A DNA stretch of 64,000 nt from an uncultured candidatus Porisulfidus sp. (lineage in GTDB: Bacteria > Pseudomonadota > Gammaproteobacteria > Poriferisulfidales > Poriferisulfidaceae). Below, piece by piece: positions 52,724 to 64,000 of this stretch. Position numbers and translations under genes: made by a program. Numbering within the stretch: the stretch's first letter is position 1; each line of letters starts with the position of its first letter. The stretch lies in assembly GCA_965116025.1 (NCBI GenBank), contig OZ220480.1, positions 1,216,001 to 1,280,000 of the forward strand, read 5' to 3'. The notes under the pieces are model-generated. The model made no database searches. It had not been told where the DNA came from and saw nothing but the letters and a program-made list of their open reading frames with translations.

Positions 52724-53413
52724 CTACTCGGGGAATTCCTCCAGCGCTTCGGGAACCAGCTCGAGATCCTCTTCCGAAACGCCTTCCATCAGGGTTTCGG
52801 TCATCTCCTCGTCGGGAAGCGTCTCCGTGATGGTCTCGGAGAGATCCTCGACCAGCTCCTCGGCGCGTGGGTAGTGGAAGTGGCCGCGCCAATGCTCGGG
52901 CATCCAGTCGATGGTCATCTCGGCGGCCTCCACGAAGTGGGGGGTTAGCCGCGATTCCCGCCAGAACCCGGCCTCGCTTACGGAGGGAAGGGTGCCGACG
53001 ATCAGCGTCAGGGCCAGCACCAGGACCCAGCCGCGAAACAGTCCGAATAGCAACCCCATGACCCGATCGCCTCGCCGCAGAACGTTGCTATCCCTTTCCT
53101 TGACCCTTCGGGTGAACATCCGGTGCAGCTGCGACACCGCGACGAAGGTGAGCAGGAACAGAATGACCCCGGAGATCGGGGCGTGGAACTCGGTCAGGCC
53201 GTAGGAGCGCTCGCCCAGGGTGATTTCGTTGAACATCTCGGGCACGAACCGCGTCCCGAATTCGGCGAACTGGATGGCGACGAAAAGGCCCGCCGCCCAA
53301 GCCAGGATGGTGACGAACTCCTCGGCGAAGCCGCGCGACCAGCTCAGAACGCCGGAAGCCAGCACGATCAGCGCGATCGTCAGGTCCAGCATGGTGGCGC
53401 CGAAACTCGTCAT
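52724..53413 (-). CDS. cvpA: CvpA family membrane protein
   Basis: RGFAEE, DRVMGLLFGLFRG, WRESRL; dedD-cvpA-purF synteny. Confidence 0.9.
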   Translation of the reverse strand: MTSFGATMLDLTIALIVLASGVLSWSRGFAEEFVTILAWAAGLFVAIQFAEFGTRFVPEMFNEITLGERSYGLTEFHAPISGVILFLLTFVAVSQLHRMFTRRVKERDSNVLRRGDRVMGLLFGLFRGWVLVLALTLIVGTLPSVSEAGFWRESRLTPHFVEAAEMTIDWMPEHWRGHFHYPRAEELVEDLSETITETLPDEEMTETLMEGVSEEDLELVPEALEEFPE

Positions 53414-53889
53414 GGTCGCCGGACGACCCAGCCCTCTTCCGCGTTCGTGAGGCTTTTCTTGGCCTTGATTCCCTCCAGCGCGTATTCGGCCTCCCGCTGG
53501 CTATAGTAGGGGCCGACCCAAACGCGCTGGTCCGTCTTTCCGTCGGCGGATTGGTCGGCGAACAGATTCGTGGGGTAGCCCGCTTCGCGCATGGCGTCGC
53601 GGATCTTGGAGGCCCCGCTCGCGTTGCGAAACCGGCCGACCTGGACGTACCATTTCTCTCTTGGTTCCAGGGAGAGAGGCTCTTGGACGCCAGGCCCCGG
53701 AGCGACGTGGGCATCCGGGTCGATCGGGAGCGCCTCGTAGGTGAACGTCAGCTCTTTCGGGTCCGCGACCTCCGGCAGGGGCTGGACCAGATCGGGGCGA
53801 CGCGTGTCCAGAAGCATGGGTATCACGAGCACCCCGAGGAAAATCAACAAAATGGCGCCGAGGAGCCGTTGTTTGAGTGCAATTTCCAA
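53410..53889 (-). CDS. dedD: SPOR-domain cell division protein (DedD-like)
   Basis: LKQRLLGAILL..IPMLLD, WYVQVGRF, RVWVGPY. Confidence 0.85.
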   Translation of the reverse strand: MEIALKQRLLGAILLIFLGVLVIPMLLDTRRPDLVQPLPEVADPKELTFTYEALPIDPDAHVAPGPGVQEPLSLEPREKWYVQVGRFRNASGASKIRDAMREAGYPTNLFADQSADGKTDQRVWVGPYYSQREAEYALEGIKAKKSLTNAEEGWVVRRP

Positions 53890-53973
53890 TGTCAGGATCG
53901 CGCCGCGCCCGCCCGCGCCATTATAGCGTCAAGCCGCGCGCTTCCAGGCGAGAAATCCACGTTCGCGCCATCG

Positions 53974-55269
53974 CTACCGAGCTGGAAAGGCCAAGGACTC
54001 GGGCTCCAGCTCGTCCGGGTGGCGCAACAGGATCTCCCCAACCGCGAACACTGAGCCGAACGCCACCACGGTTCCGTCCCGTCCGGCTCTCGCGGTGGCT
54101 TCCTGGTAGGCCCGCGTGACGGAGGAATGAGTCTGGACATTGGACAAATTGCCGGCTTCCGCGAGCACGCGCAGGGTTCGCAGGGGCATCGCCCGGGGCG
54201 ATTCCACCTCGCACAGGTGCCAGCTCTGGACCAGCGGCGCCAGCGGGGCGAGCATGTTCGCCACGTCCTTCTCTCGCGCCGCGGAGAATACCGCGCGCAG
54301 AGGGCGCCCGGCGCGGTAGCGGCGGAGGTTGCGAGCCAAATTGACGGCGCCTTCCGGATTGTGCGCGATGTCCAGCACGGTGTCCACTGGCTCGTCCAGA
54401 ATCTGGAAGCGACCGGTCAAGCGGACGTTCTCGAGCGCGGCGCGAACGGTTTCTGGATCGATCTCGCCCAAATGCCCCAGCACGGTTAGCGCGCTGGCGG
54501 CGTTGTTTAGCTGCACCCTTCCGGGTAGCTGGCGCGGAATTGGCAGATCCAGGGCCATTCCGTCGCGATGGCGGTATCGCCACCGCGACGGGCTCAGGGG
54601 CAGCGCGAGAAAATCCTGTCCGATGCGTTGCAGCGGGGCGCCCAGGCGGCGCGCCTGATCGGCCAGACTGAGCGGGGGATCCGGCTCTCCGCACACGACC
54701 TGCCGCCCGGGCCGCATGATCCCGGCTTTCTCGCGGCCGATCGATTCCCGGGTCTGGCCCAACCATTCGGCGTGGTCGATGCTGATGCTGGTGATCAGGG
54801 CGACGTCGGCGTCCCACAGGTTGACCGCGTCCATCCGCCCGCCGAGGCCGACCTCGAGGATCGCGTAGTCTAGGCCTCGCTCGCGGAAGATCGCCATCAT
54901 GGCTAGGGTGCCGTACTCGAAGAACGACAGGCTGGTGTCGCCGCGGGCCCGTTCGACCCGCTCGAAGGCGGCGCACAGCGTCTCGTCGTCGACCTCCTTC
55001 CCGTCGACGCGGACGCGCTCGTTGTAGCGGAGGAAGTGCGGCGAGGTGTAGGCGCCGACCCGCCCGCGCGGACGCAGCATGGCTTCCAGCAAGGCGACGC
55101 TGGAGCCTTTTCCGTTGGTGCCGGCGACGGTGATGATCTTGAATTCTGGCGCCTCGAGCAGGTTCATGCGCCGGGCCACCACCCGGATGCGCTCCAGCCC
55201 CAGGTCGATGCCGCTGCTGTGCAGGCGCTGCTGCCAGTCGATCCATTCGGACAGGGAGGAGAATCGCAT
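53974..55269 (-). CDS. folC: Dihydrofolate/folylpolyglutamate synthase
   Basis: VAGTNGKGS, YTSPH, LEVGLGGRMDAVN, DIAHNP. Confidence 0.96.
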   Translation of the reverse strand: MRFSSLSEWIDWQQRLHSSGIDLGLERIRVVARRMNLLEAPEFKIITVAGTNGKGSSVALLEAMLRPRGRVGAYTSPHFLRYNERVRVDGKEVDDETLCAAFERVERARGDTSLSFFEYGTLAMMAIFRERGLDYAILEVGLGGRMDAVNLWDADVALITSISIDHAEWLGQTRESIGREKAGIMRPGRQVVCGEPDPPLSLADQARRLGAPLQRIGQDFLALPLSPSRWRYRHRDGMALDLPIPRQLPGRVQLNNAASALTVLGHLGEIDPETVRAALENVRLTGRFQILDEPVDTVLDIAHNPEGAVNLARNLRRYRAGRPLRAVFSAAREKDVANMLAPLAPLVQSWHLCEVESPRAMPLRTLRVLAEAGNLSNVQTHSSVTRAYQEATARAGRDGTVVAFGSVFAVGEILLRHPDELEPESLAFPAR

Positions 55270-55275
55270 CGGCGA

Positions 55276-56148
55276 CTATTCGGCCCGCGGCCGGGCCGGG
55301 AGTTTCGTCATCAGCGCCAGCAGGTCGGCGATGACGTCGCGCATCTCGTGGCGGTGCACCAGCATGTCGATGGCTCCATGCTCCAACAGGAACTCGCTGC
55401 GCTGGAAGCCTTCCGGAAGGGTCTCGCGCACGGTCTGCTCGATCACGCGCGGCCCGGCGAAGCCGATCAGCGCGCCCGGTTCCGCGATCTGGATGTCGCC
55501 GAGCATGCCGAGCGAGGCGGAGACCCCGCCCATGGTCGGGTCGGTCAGCACCGAGATGTAGGGCAGGTTTCGCTTGCGCATCCGCGCCAGCGCGGCCGCG
55601 GTCTTGGACATCTGGAACAGGGACGTCAGGGCCTCCTGCATGCGCGCGCCGCCGCTGGCGGAGAAGCACACCAAGGGAACGCGCCGCCGCGCGCAGACCG
55701 CGGCCGCGCGCGCGAACTTCTCGCCCACGACCGAGCCCATGGAGCCGCCCATGAAGCCGAATTCGAAAGCCGCGCAGACCAGCGGCTGGCCGTGCAGCTT
55801 CCCTTGCATGATGATCAGCGCGTCCTTCTCCTTCGTCGCCTTCTGCGCTTGGCTGATGCGGTCCCGGTAGCGCTTGCTGTCCCGAAACCGCAGAAAGTCC
55901 CGGGGCGCGAGTTCCGAGAGCAGCTCCTCGCGCGGCGTCTCGTCGAGGAACATGCCGAGCCGCTCGCGGGCCGACACGCGCATGTGACTCTGGCACTTCG
56001 GGCACACATGAAGGTTCCGCTCCAGCTCGGACCGATACAGCGGGGCGCCGCAGCTCGGACATTTGATCCACAAGCCTTGGGGAACCTTCCGGGAGTTGCC
56101 GCTCTCGATCCGGATTTGCGGCGGCACCAGACGCTTGTACCAGCTCAC
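55276..56148 (-). CDS. accD: Acetyl-CoA carboxylase carboxyltransferase beta
   Basis: WIKCPSC..CPKC zinc finger, [20 protein letters not shown]. Confidence 0.97.
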   Translation of the reverse strand: MSWYKRLVPPQIRIESGNSRKVPQGLWIKCPSCGAPLYRSELERNLHVCPKCQSHMRVSARERLGMFLDETPREELLSELAPRDFLRFRDSKRYRDRISQAQKATKEKDALIIMQGKLHGQPLVCAAFEFGFMGGSMGSVVGEKFARAAAVCARRRVPLVCFSASGGARMQEALTSLFQMSKTAAALARMRKRNLPYISVLTDPTMGGVSASLGMLGDIQIAEPGALIGFAGPRVIEQTVRETLPEGFQRSEFLLEHGAIDMLVHRHEMRDVIADLLALMTKLPARPRAE

Positions 56149-56956
56149 GTCGCGCTCCCCGCCGCGCGCGCCGCGTCCATGGCGCCGCGCAGCTCCCGCA
56201 TCAGCCCAGTCGCGGCGGCGCAGGGGTCCGCGGCCGCCGCGACGCGCTCCACCAGCGCGCTGCCGACGACGACCGCGTCGGCGATTTCCGCGGCGCGGGC
56301 CGCGGTGGCCGCGTCCTTGATGCCGAAGCCGATGCCGACGGGCAGGGAGGTCTCGGCTCGGACGCGCGCGACGCGCCGCGCCGCGTCTTCCATGTCCAGG
56401 CGGTCCGCGCCGGTCGTCCCGCGCAACGACACGTAGTACAGAAATCCGCTCGCCTGATCGCGGATCTTCCGCGCTCGCTCCTCGCTGGTAGTGGGGGCGA
56501 TCAGGAATATCTCGTCCAGTCCGTGAGCGGCCAGGGCCTGGCGCAGCGCGGGCGCCTCTTCTGGAGGCAGGTCGACCACCAGCGCGCCGTCGATGCCGGC
56601 GCGGGCGGCCTCGCGCGCGAAGACGTCCGCGCCCATGGCCGAGATGGGGTTGGCGTAGCCCATCAGGATCAATGGCGTCCGCGCGTCCTCGGCGCGGAAC
56701 TCGGTAGCCATGTCGAGGACGTCGCGCAGGCGGACGCGATGCGCCAGCGCTCGCGCGCAGGCGGCCTGGATCACGGGCCCGTCGGCCATCGGGTCCGTGA
56801 ACGGGACCCCGATCTCGATGAGATCGGCGCCGGCGCGCGTCAGCGCGCGCAACAGTGGCACGGTGGCGGCGGGCTCCGGGTCGCCCGCGGTCAGGTAGGG
56901 GATCAGGGCGGCGCGTCCTTCCGCGCGCAGCTCGGCGAAGCGCTGGGCGACGCGGC

Positions 56957-56960
<4 letters not shown>
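56145..56960 (-). CDS. trpA: Tryptophan synthase alpha
   Basis: [39 protein letters not shown]. Confidence 0.96.
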
Positions 56961-58160
<1,200 letters not shown>

Positions 58161-58174
<14 letters not shown>

Positions 58175-58790
58175 GGCTCACCTCTCGCAGAAACGCTTCA
58201 ACCTTGTCGGGATCCTTGCGTCCGGGGCGGGTCTCGACGCCGCTGCTGACGTCCACGCCCCAAGGCCGGACCGTCCGGATCGCCTCGCCGACGTTGTCTG
58301 GCGTCAGTCCGCCCGCCAGGATCAGCGGGCGCGGGTCCTCGGGGCGAACCCGCGTCCAGTCGAAGGTCTCGCCCTGGCCCCCGGCCTCTCCGGCCGCGTG
58401 GCCGTCCAGCAGGAAGCCGCGCGCCGCGCGGTAGCGCCGCGGGTAGTCGGCCAAGGCGTTGGGCTCGCTCATCGGCACGGTCTTGATCCAGCGCCCCGGA
58501 AACCGCGCGCACAGTTCCGGATCCTCTTGGCCATGGTACTGCAGGCCGTCGACCGGTGCCCGGTCGATCAGATCGTCCAGGAACTCCGGGTCGGGATTGA
58601 GCACGACCGCGTAGGCGTTGACGAACGGCGGCAGGGCATCGATGATGGCGCGCGCGGCGTCGATGCTGACGTCGCGCGGGCTAGGGGGATGGAACACCAA
58701 GCCGATGGCGTCGGCCCCGGCCGCGGCGGCGAGGCGGGCGTCGTCCGGGTTCGTGACGCCGCAGATTTTGACGCGAACGCGCGGGGTCAT
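58161..58790 (-). CDS. trpF: Phosphoribosylanthranilate isomerase
   Basis: [24 protein letters not shown]. Confidence 0.95.
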
Positions 58791-59584
58791 GAAGAGCTCG
58801 GGCTGTAATGGGGGGTCCAAAGAGGCGGTGGGATCGCGCATTCCGGGGGATAGTGTACGCGCGTCAGGTACAGTCCGTCCGGCGGGGCGGTGACGCCGCC
58901 GGCCGCGCGGTCGCGCAGCGCGAGCAGCTCGCCCGGCCATTCCAGGGAGCGCTTGCCGATTCCGACCTCCATCAGGCAGCCCGCCAGGATGCGCACCATG
59001 TGGTGCAGGAAGCCATCGGCCTCCGCGTCGATGTGGACGAACGGGCCATGGGTGGTGACCTCCAGCCGGTGAAGGGTGCGCCGGGGGTGGCGCGCCTGGC
59101 ATTCCGCGGCGCGGAAGCTGGTGAAATCGCGCTCGCCTGGCAGGGTCCAGGCCGCTTGGCGCATCCGGTCGGCGTCCAAAGTCTCGGGCGCCCGGGCGAC
59201 CTTGCCGGCGAGCAGACCGGCGGAGGCGGCGTCGCGGCGCAGAAAGATATAGCGATAGCGCCGGCGGACCGCCGAATGGCGCGCGTGGAAATCGTCCGCG
59301 ACCTCCCGCGCCCAGGAGACGCTGACTCCGGGAGGCAGATGCGAGCCGGCGCCGCGCTGCCAAGCGCGCGCGGGGCGAATCGCGGATGTGTCGAAGTGGA
59401 TGACCTGGCCGGTCGCGTGAACCTTGGCGTCGGTGCGTCCGGCGGCGACGGCTTGGACCGGGTGGTCGGCGACCCGGGACAGCGCGCGCTCGATCGCGTC
59501 CTGCGCGCTTGGGGCGTGGCTCTGGCGTTGCCAGCCGTGGAAGAGGGCGCCATCGTACTCGAGACCGCAGGCTAGTCGGGGCAT
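58787..59584 (-). CDS. truA: tRNA pseudouridine synthase A
   Basis: YDGALFHGWQ, AGRTDAKVHA, FLHHMVR, GLYL. Confidence 0.96.
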   Translation of the reverse strand: MPRLACGLEYDGALFHGWQRQSHAPSAQDAIERALSRVADHPVQAVAAGRTDAKVHATGQVIHFDTSAIRPARAWQRGAGSHLPPGVSVSWAREVADDFHARHSAVRRRYRYIFLRRDAASAGLLAGKVARAPETLDADRMRQAAWTLPGERDFTSFRAAECQARHPRRTLHRLEVTTHGPFVHIDAEADGFLHHMVRILAGCLMEVGIGKRSLEWPGELLALRDRAAGGVTAPPDGLYLTRVHYPPECAIPPPLWTPHYSPSSS

Positions 59585-59587
59585 GGA

Positions 59588-60868
59588 TCAGGACGAGGAG
59601 ATCCGGCGTTCCAGCTTCTTCGCCTCCTCGCGCTCTCGTCTCGTTCCTTCCGCGCGGACCAGCCGGAGCAGGGAGCGCGCTTCCTCGCGCTGGTTCGTCT
59701 CGACTCGCGCGTACGCCAGGTCCAGCGCGGAACTGGCGCGGCGGGCGGGGTCCGGGATGTCGCCCACGCTTTGGCGAATGATCCGGTCGTGGCGGGCGCG
59801 GCGCAGGACGAGCGCGAGCAGGTAGGCCAAGAGCAGAAGGCCGGTGGCGGCGAGAATCCCGGGCCACGGCGGCGCGAGAGGCGCGGCCGCGCGGTCCGGC
59901 GAGCTGGGCGCCCCGACGGCCAGCGACGCCAGCCCTTCGCTCTCGATCTCCATCATGGCGGGTGGCGTCTCGCGTTCATCGGTTCGGGCTCGTTCGGTCT
60001 CGCCTTCTTCCATCGGAGCGGAGGGCGGCTCGGACGCGGCGGCGTCCGCCACCGTCTCCGTCGCGGAAAACTCGTCCGGCGCGGCTCGCGTCGGCTTGGG
60101 CGCTGGCGGAGAGGGCGGTTCCAGCTTCGCCGTCGCGGAATCGGCCGGCTCCTCGATAGGCATGAGCCGCAATCGCCGTTCTCGCAGGGTTGGACTCTCG
60201 GGTGGGATCGTACCGTCCTGGCGCCATTTCCTCCACCACTCGTTCTGGAAACGGACTTCGTCGATCATCCACTGGCGGGAAAGCTCCAGAAGCGCGACCT
60301 CGGTCGGGCTCGGGATATACAGCTCGGCGCCCGCGCGCACCAGGTTGATGTTGTCGTGGATGAAGGCGTGCCGGTTATGCAACTGGATCGCCAGCATCAG
60401 AGCGTAGGGATCGACTTTCTGGCCGCGGGCGCTGTCCAGCGCGATCTCGAGCAGCGTGTCCCCCCGGACCACCTCGCGCGTCGCGCCGGCGGGGACGCAG
60501 GATGGAAGATTCAGAGTGTAGAACACGGGAAGCTCGTGACCCTCGCTGATAACCAGCACCAGATCGCTGGGGTGGGGCGGGAGCGGCTCCTCGCCGCGGA
60601 TCCGGACTCGCTCCTCGCCATCGTTCCGAATTCGCTCCAGTTTCGCCGACCCGACCCAAGGGGGATAGGCTTTCCCGATCTTCCGATAGGTCGGTGGGGA
60701 CGCGATCTCCACGCGCGCCCGCTCTGGATCGATGGCGGGTTCCGTGGCCACGCGCAGCGTGAGCAGGGCGGAGCAGTCCGGCTCGAAGTGGATATCCGGC
60801 TCGCCGACCTCCAGGGCCTGGGCCGGAGCGATCAGCGCGACGGCGAGAAGCGCGAGCCGCGCGATCAT
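59588..60868 (-). CDS. fimV: FimV-like protein (LysM domain, TM helix, C-terminal FimV motif), shortened
   Basis: Signal peptide, VVRGDTLLEIA..NRHAFIHDNINLVRAG, ALDLAYA..EEARSLL; asd-fimV-truA synteny. Confidence 0.8.
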   Translation of the reverse strand: MIARLALLAVALIAPAQALEVGEPDIHFEPDCSALLTLRVATEPAIDPERARVEIASPPTYRKIGKAYPPWVGSAKLERIRNDGEERVRIRGEEPLPPHPSDLVLVISEGHELPVFYTLNLPSCVPAGATREVVRGDTLLEIALDSARGQKVDPYALMLAIQLHNRHAFIHDNINLVRAGAELYIPSPTEVALLELSRQWMIDEVRFQNEWWRKWRQDGTIPPESPTLRERRLRLMPIEEPADSATAKLEPPSPPAPKPTRAAPDEFSATETVADAAASEPPSAPMEEGETERARTDERETPPAMMEIESEGLASLAVGAPSSPDRAAAPLAPPWPGILAATGLLLLAYLLALVLRRARHDRIIRQSVGDIPDPARRASSALDLAYARVETNQREEARSLLRLVRAEGTRREREEAKKLERRISSS

Positions 60869-61887
60869 GGCCCGAACCGCTCCAGCCATCGCTCGGCGAT
60901 CTGGATGCTGTTGGTCGCGGCGCCCTTGCGCAGGTTGTCGCTGACGATCCAGAGGTCCAGTCCGCGCGGGTGGGACAAGTCCTGGCGGACGCGCCCGACG
61001 AACACCTCGTCGCGGCCGGCCGCCTCCGTCACCGCCGTGGGATAGCCGCCGTCCGCCATCTCGTCCACGACCACCACCCCGGGGGCGTCTTCCAACAACG
61101 CGCGCGCGGTCCGCGCGTCCAACGGCTCGCGGGTTTCCAGGTGCACGGCTTCGGAATGGCCGCGGTACACCGGCACGCGGACCGTGGTCGGGTTCACGCC
61201 AATGCTCTCGTCCTCCAGGATTTTCCGGGTCTCCCAGACCATTTTCATCTCCTCGCGGGTGTAGCCGTTTTCTTGGAAGCGGTCGATCTGCGGCAGGACG
61301 TTGAACGCGATCGGGCGCGGGTAGACCTCGCCGGGACTCTCGCGACCGTCGAGCGAGTCCGCCGTTTGCTGGTGAAGCTCTCGGATCGCGGCCTGCCCGG
61401 TGCCGGAGACCGCCTGGTACGTCGCGACGTTGACGCGCGCGACGCCGGCGGCGTCGTGCAGGGGCTTGAGCGCCACCACCATCTGGATGGTCGAGCAGTT
61501 GGGGTTGGCGATGATGCCACGGGCGCGCCAGTCGGCGATGCGTTCCAGGTTGCACTCCGGCACCACCAGCGGGACATCCGGCTCGTAGCGAAAGCAGGAC
61601 GTGTTGTCGACCACCAAGCAGCCGGCCTCGGCGGCGCGCGGCGCGAACTGGCGCGAGGGCTCGGAGCCCGCGGAGAACAGGGCGATCCGCGCCTGCCGAA
61701 AATCGAATTCCTCCAGCGCTTGGACCTCGATTTCCCGTCCGCGAAATGGCAGGCGCTGGCCCCGCGAGCGCTGGCTCGCCACCAGGTGCAGGGCGCCGAG
61801 CGGAAAGTCGCGCTCTTCCAGGACCCGGCGCATCACGTCGCCCACGGCGCCGGTGGCGCCGACGATCACCACGTCCGGGCCGCTCAT
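60865..61887 (-). CDS. asd: Aspartate-semialdehyde dehydrogenase
   Basis: [31 protein letters not shown]. Confidence 0.97.
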   Translation of the reverse strand: MSGPDVVIVGATGAVGDVMRRVLEERDFPLGALHLVASQRSRGQRLPFRGREIEVQALEEFDFRQARIALFSAGSEPSRQFAPRAAEAGCLVVDNTSCFRYEPDVPLVVPECNLERIADWRARGIIANPNCSTIQMVVALKPLHDAAGVARVNVATYQAVSGTGQAAIRELHQQTADSLDGRESPGEVYPRPIAFNVLPQIDRFQENGYTREEMKMVWETRKILEDESIGVNPTTVRVPVYRGHSEAVHLETREPLDARTARALLEDAPGVVVVDEMADGGYPTAVTEAAGRDEVFVGRVRQDLSHPRGLDLWIVSDNLRKGAATNSIQIAERWLERFGP

Positions 61888-62966
61888 GGGCGCAGGCGCG
61901 CCTCCAGCGCGCGGGCCACCGCGTCTCCCATCCGCGCGGCGCCGACGGTCGCGCCGCCGTCCGCGAGGTCGGCGGTCCGGAGGCCTTGCCGCAAGACGTC
62001 GCGCGCGGCCTCCTCCACCGCGTCGGCGGCGTCGGCGCGGCGAAGGGAATGGCGCAGCATCATGCCGACCGACAGAATCATGGCGAGCGGGTTGGCTCGC
62101 CCGGTTCCGGCCAGCTCTGGCGCCGAGCCGTGCACTGGCTCATAAAGGCCCTGTCCCTTCTCGTTGAGCGAGGCCGAGGGCAGCAGGCCGATCGAGCCGG
62201 TCAGTTGCGCGGCGACGTCGGACAGGATGTCGCCGAACAGGTTGCCGGTGACGATCACGTCGAACTGGGCGGGGCGGGCGACGAGCTGCATGGCGGCGTT
62301 GTCCACGTAGAGGTGCGACAGCTCGATGTCCGGATAGTCGCGCGCGACCTCGCCGACCACCGCGCGCCACAGCTCGGAGACCTCAAGGACGTTGGCCTTG
62401 TCCACGGAGCAGACCCGCTTGCGCCGACTCCGCGCGGCCTCGAAGGCGACGCGCGCGACGCGCGCGATCTCGTCCTCGTCGTAGATCATGGTGTTCACGC
62501 CCCGCCGGCGGCCGTTTCGCTCGTCCAGCGAGCGCGGCTCGCCGAAGTAGAGCCCGCCGGTGAGCTCGCGCGCGATCAGAAGATCCATTCCCTCCAGCCG
62601 GTCAGGCTTGAGACTCGACGCATGCGCCATGCCCGGCATCAGCGTCGCGGGACGCAGGTTCGCGTACAGGCCGAGCTCCTTGCGCAACCGGAGCAGGCCG
62701 GTCTCGGGGCGCAGCGACCGGTTCGGCGTGTCGTGGCGCGGCGAGCCGACCGCCGCCAGCAGCACGGCGTCGGCGGCGCGGGCGGCGCGCAGGGTCTCGG
62801 GCGGCAGGGGATCACCCTCGGCGTCGACGGCCGCGCCCCCGATCAGCCCCTCTTCGATCTCCAGCGCGAGGCCGCCGTGGCGGACGAGACAATCTAGCGT
62901 CTTGCGCGCCTCGGCCATGATTTCCGGGCCGATGCCGTCGCCGGGCAGAAGCAGGACGCGCGACAT
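61884..62966 (-). CDS. leuB: 3-isopropylmalate dehydrogenase
   Basis: [36 protein letters not shown]. Confidence 0.97.
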   Translation of the reverse strand: MSRVLLLPGDGIGPEIMAEARKTLDCLVRHGGLALEIEEGLIGGAAVDAEGDPLPPETLRAARAADAVLLAAVGSPRHDTPNRSLRPETGLLRLRKELGLYANLRPATLMPGMAHASSLKPDRLEGMDLLIARELTGGLYFGEPRSLDERNGRRRGVNTMIYDEDEIARVARVAFEAARSRRKRVCSVDKANVLEVSELWRAVVGEVARDYPDIELSHLYVDNAAMQLVARPAQFDVIVTGNLFGDILSDVAAQLTGSIGLLPSASLNEKGQGLYEPVHGSAPELAGTGRANPLAMILSVGMMLRHSLRRADAADAVEEAARDVLRQGLRTADLADGGATVGAARMGDAVARALEARLRP

Positions 62967-63619
62967 CACGGGCCTCCGAAACGGTTGAACAGCCAAGGCG
63001 CGCGCGCGCGCCGCGCCGCCTCGAATTTCCGGATCCGGTCCACGTGGCGCAGGGTCAGCGCGATGTCGTCGAGGCCCTCGACGAGACATCGCTTTCGTTG
63101 CGGATCGATGCGAAACGTCCAGCTCGCGCCGGAATCGTCCACCACCGTCTGCTCCGGCAGGTCGATCTCCAGCCGATAGCCCTCGGTTCGCTCGATCCGT
63201 CCGAGAATCTCCCGCGTGACGTTCTCTGGAAGACGGATGGTCAGCAGGCCGTTCTTGGCGGCGTTGGTGTCGAAGATATCGGCGAAGCTCGGCGCGATGA
63301 TGGCCCGGAAGCCGGCGTCCAGGAGCGCCCAGACCGCATGCTCGCGCGAGGAGCCGCAGCCGAAGTTGGCGCCGGTGACCAGGATGGACGCGTCCTGGTA
63401 GCGGTGCCGGTTCAGCACGAAATCCGGGTTTTGGGGGCGCTTGGCATGGTCGCTCTCCAGGTCGCCGGGCGCCAGGTAGCGCCAGCTGTCGAACAGATTC
63501 GGGCCGAAGCCGTCGCGCCGAACCGATTTCAGATATTGCTTGGGAATGATCACGTCGGTGTCGACGTTGTCGCGGTCGAGCGGCGCGGCGGTCCCGCGAT
63601 GGTCCGTGAACGGTATCAC
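62966..63619 (-). CDS. leuD: 3-isopropylmalate dehydratase small subunit
   Basis: [30 protein letters not shown]. Confidence 0.96.
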   Translation of the reverse strand: MIPFTDHRGTAAPLDRDNVDTDVIIPKQYLKSVRRDGFGPNLFDSWRYLAPGDLESDHAKRPQNPDFVLNRHRYQDASILVTGANFGCGSSREHAVWALLDAGFRAIIAPSFADIFDTNAAKNGLLTIRLPENVTREILGRIERTEGYRLEIDLPEQTVVDDSGASWTFRIDPQRKRCLVEGLDDIALTLRHVDRIRKFEAARRARAPWLFNRFGGP

Positions 63620-64000
63620 GCCAGTATCTCCCGCGCGTCGACGAAATGTCCGGCGCAAGCCGCCGCCGCGGCCATCGCCGGGCTGACCAGGTGAGTGCGT
63701 CCCCCTTCGCCTTGGCGTCCCTCGAAGTTGCGGTTGGAGGTGGAGGCGCAGCGCTCTCCGGGCTCCAGTCGATCAGAGTTCATGGCGAGGCACATCGAGC
63801 AGCCGGGCTCCCGCCATTCGAACCCTGCTTCCATGAAGATCCGGTCCAGTCCTTCCGATTCGGCCTGCGCCTTGACGCGCCCGGAGCCGGGGACGACCAG
63901 CGCCTGACGGACGCGGTCCGCCCGGCGGCGTCCGCGGACGACCGTGGCCGCTTCCCGCAGATCCTCGATTCGGGCGTTGGTGCAGGAGCCGATGAAGACC
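63616..64000 (-). CDS. leuC: 3-isopropylmalate dehydratase large subunit, 3' part
   Basis: [36 protein letters not shown]. Confidence 0.96.
   Translation of the reverse strand, partial: VFIGSCTNARIEDLREAATVVRGRRRADRVRQALVVPGSGRVKAQAESEGLDRIFMEAGFEWREPGCSMCLAMNSDRLEPGERCASTSNRNFEGRQGEGGRTHLVSPAMAAAAACAGHFVDAREILA

Noticed and set aside
52724-52870. Acidic C-terminal tails on CvpA and SecG
   Set aside because: Low-complexity tails are common in these families; no DNA-level repeat structure.

Overview
High-GC gammaproteobacterial chromosome segment, mostly housekeeping genes. Conserved blocks: gyrA-serC-pheA-hisC-tyrA-aroA-cmk-rpsA-ihfB; gltB-dnaG; pepA-holC-valS / lptFG; xerD-dsbC; ftsH-glmM-tpiA-secG-tRNA-Leu-addA; and leuCDB-asd-fimV-truA-trpFBA-accD-folC-dedD-cvpA-purF. 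There are two tRNAs. Accessory content: a DUF262/GmrSD-type gene missed by the ORF track, a UDG-like/PPTase pair, a 54-bp-repeat coiled-coil gene and a methyltransferase-HNH fusion. Two signals stand out. (1) Two paralogous autotransporters sit in inverted, outward-pointing orientation about 21 kb apart; each is interrupted in its signal-peptide region by a long poly-G tract (G22 and G19), both one base out of frame, which looks like a phase-variable surface-protein family. (2) A 636-aa PEPCK-like P-loop protein appears to have its Walker A strand-helix removed from the usual internal position and placed at the extreme C-terminus. All family assignments come from recognising motifs by eye; no searches were run.
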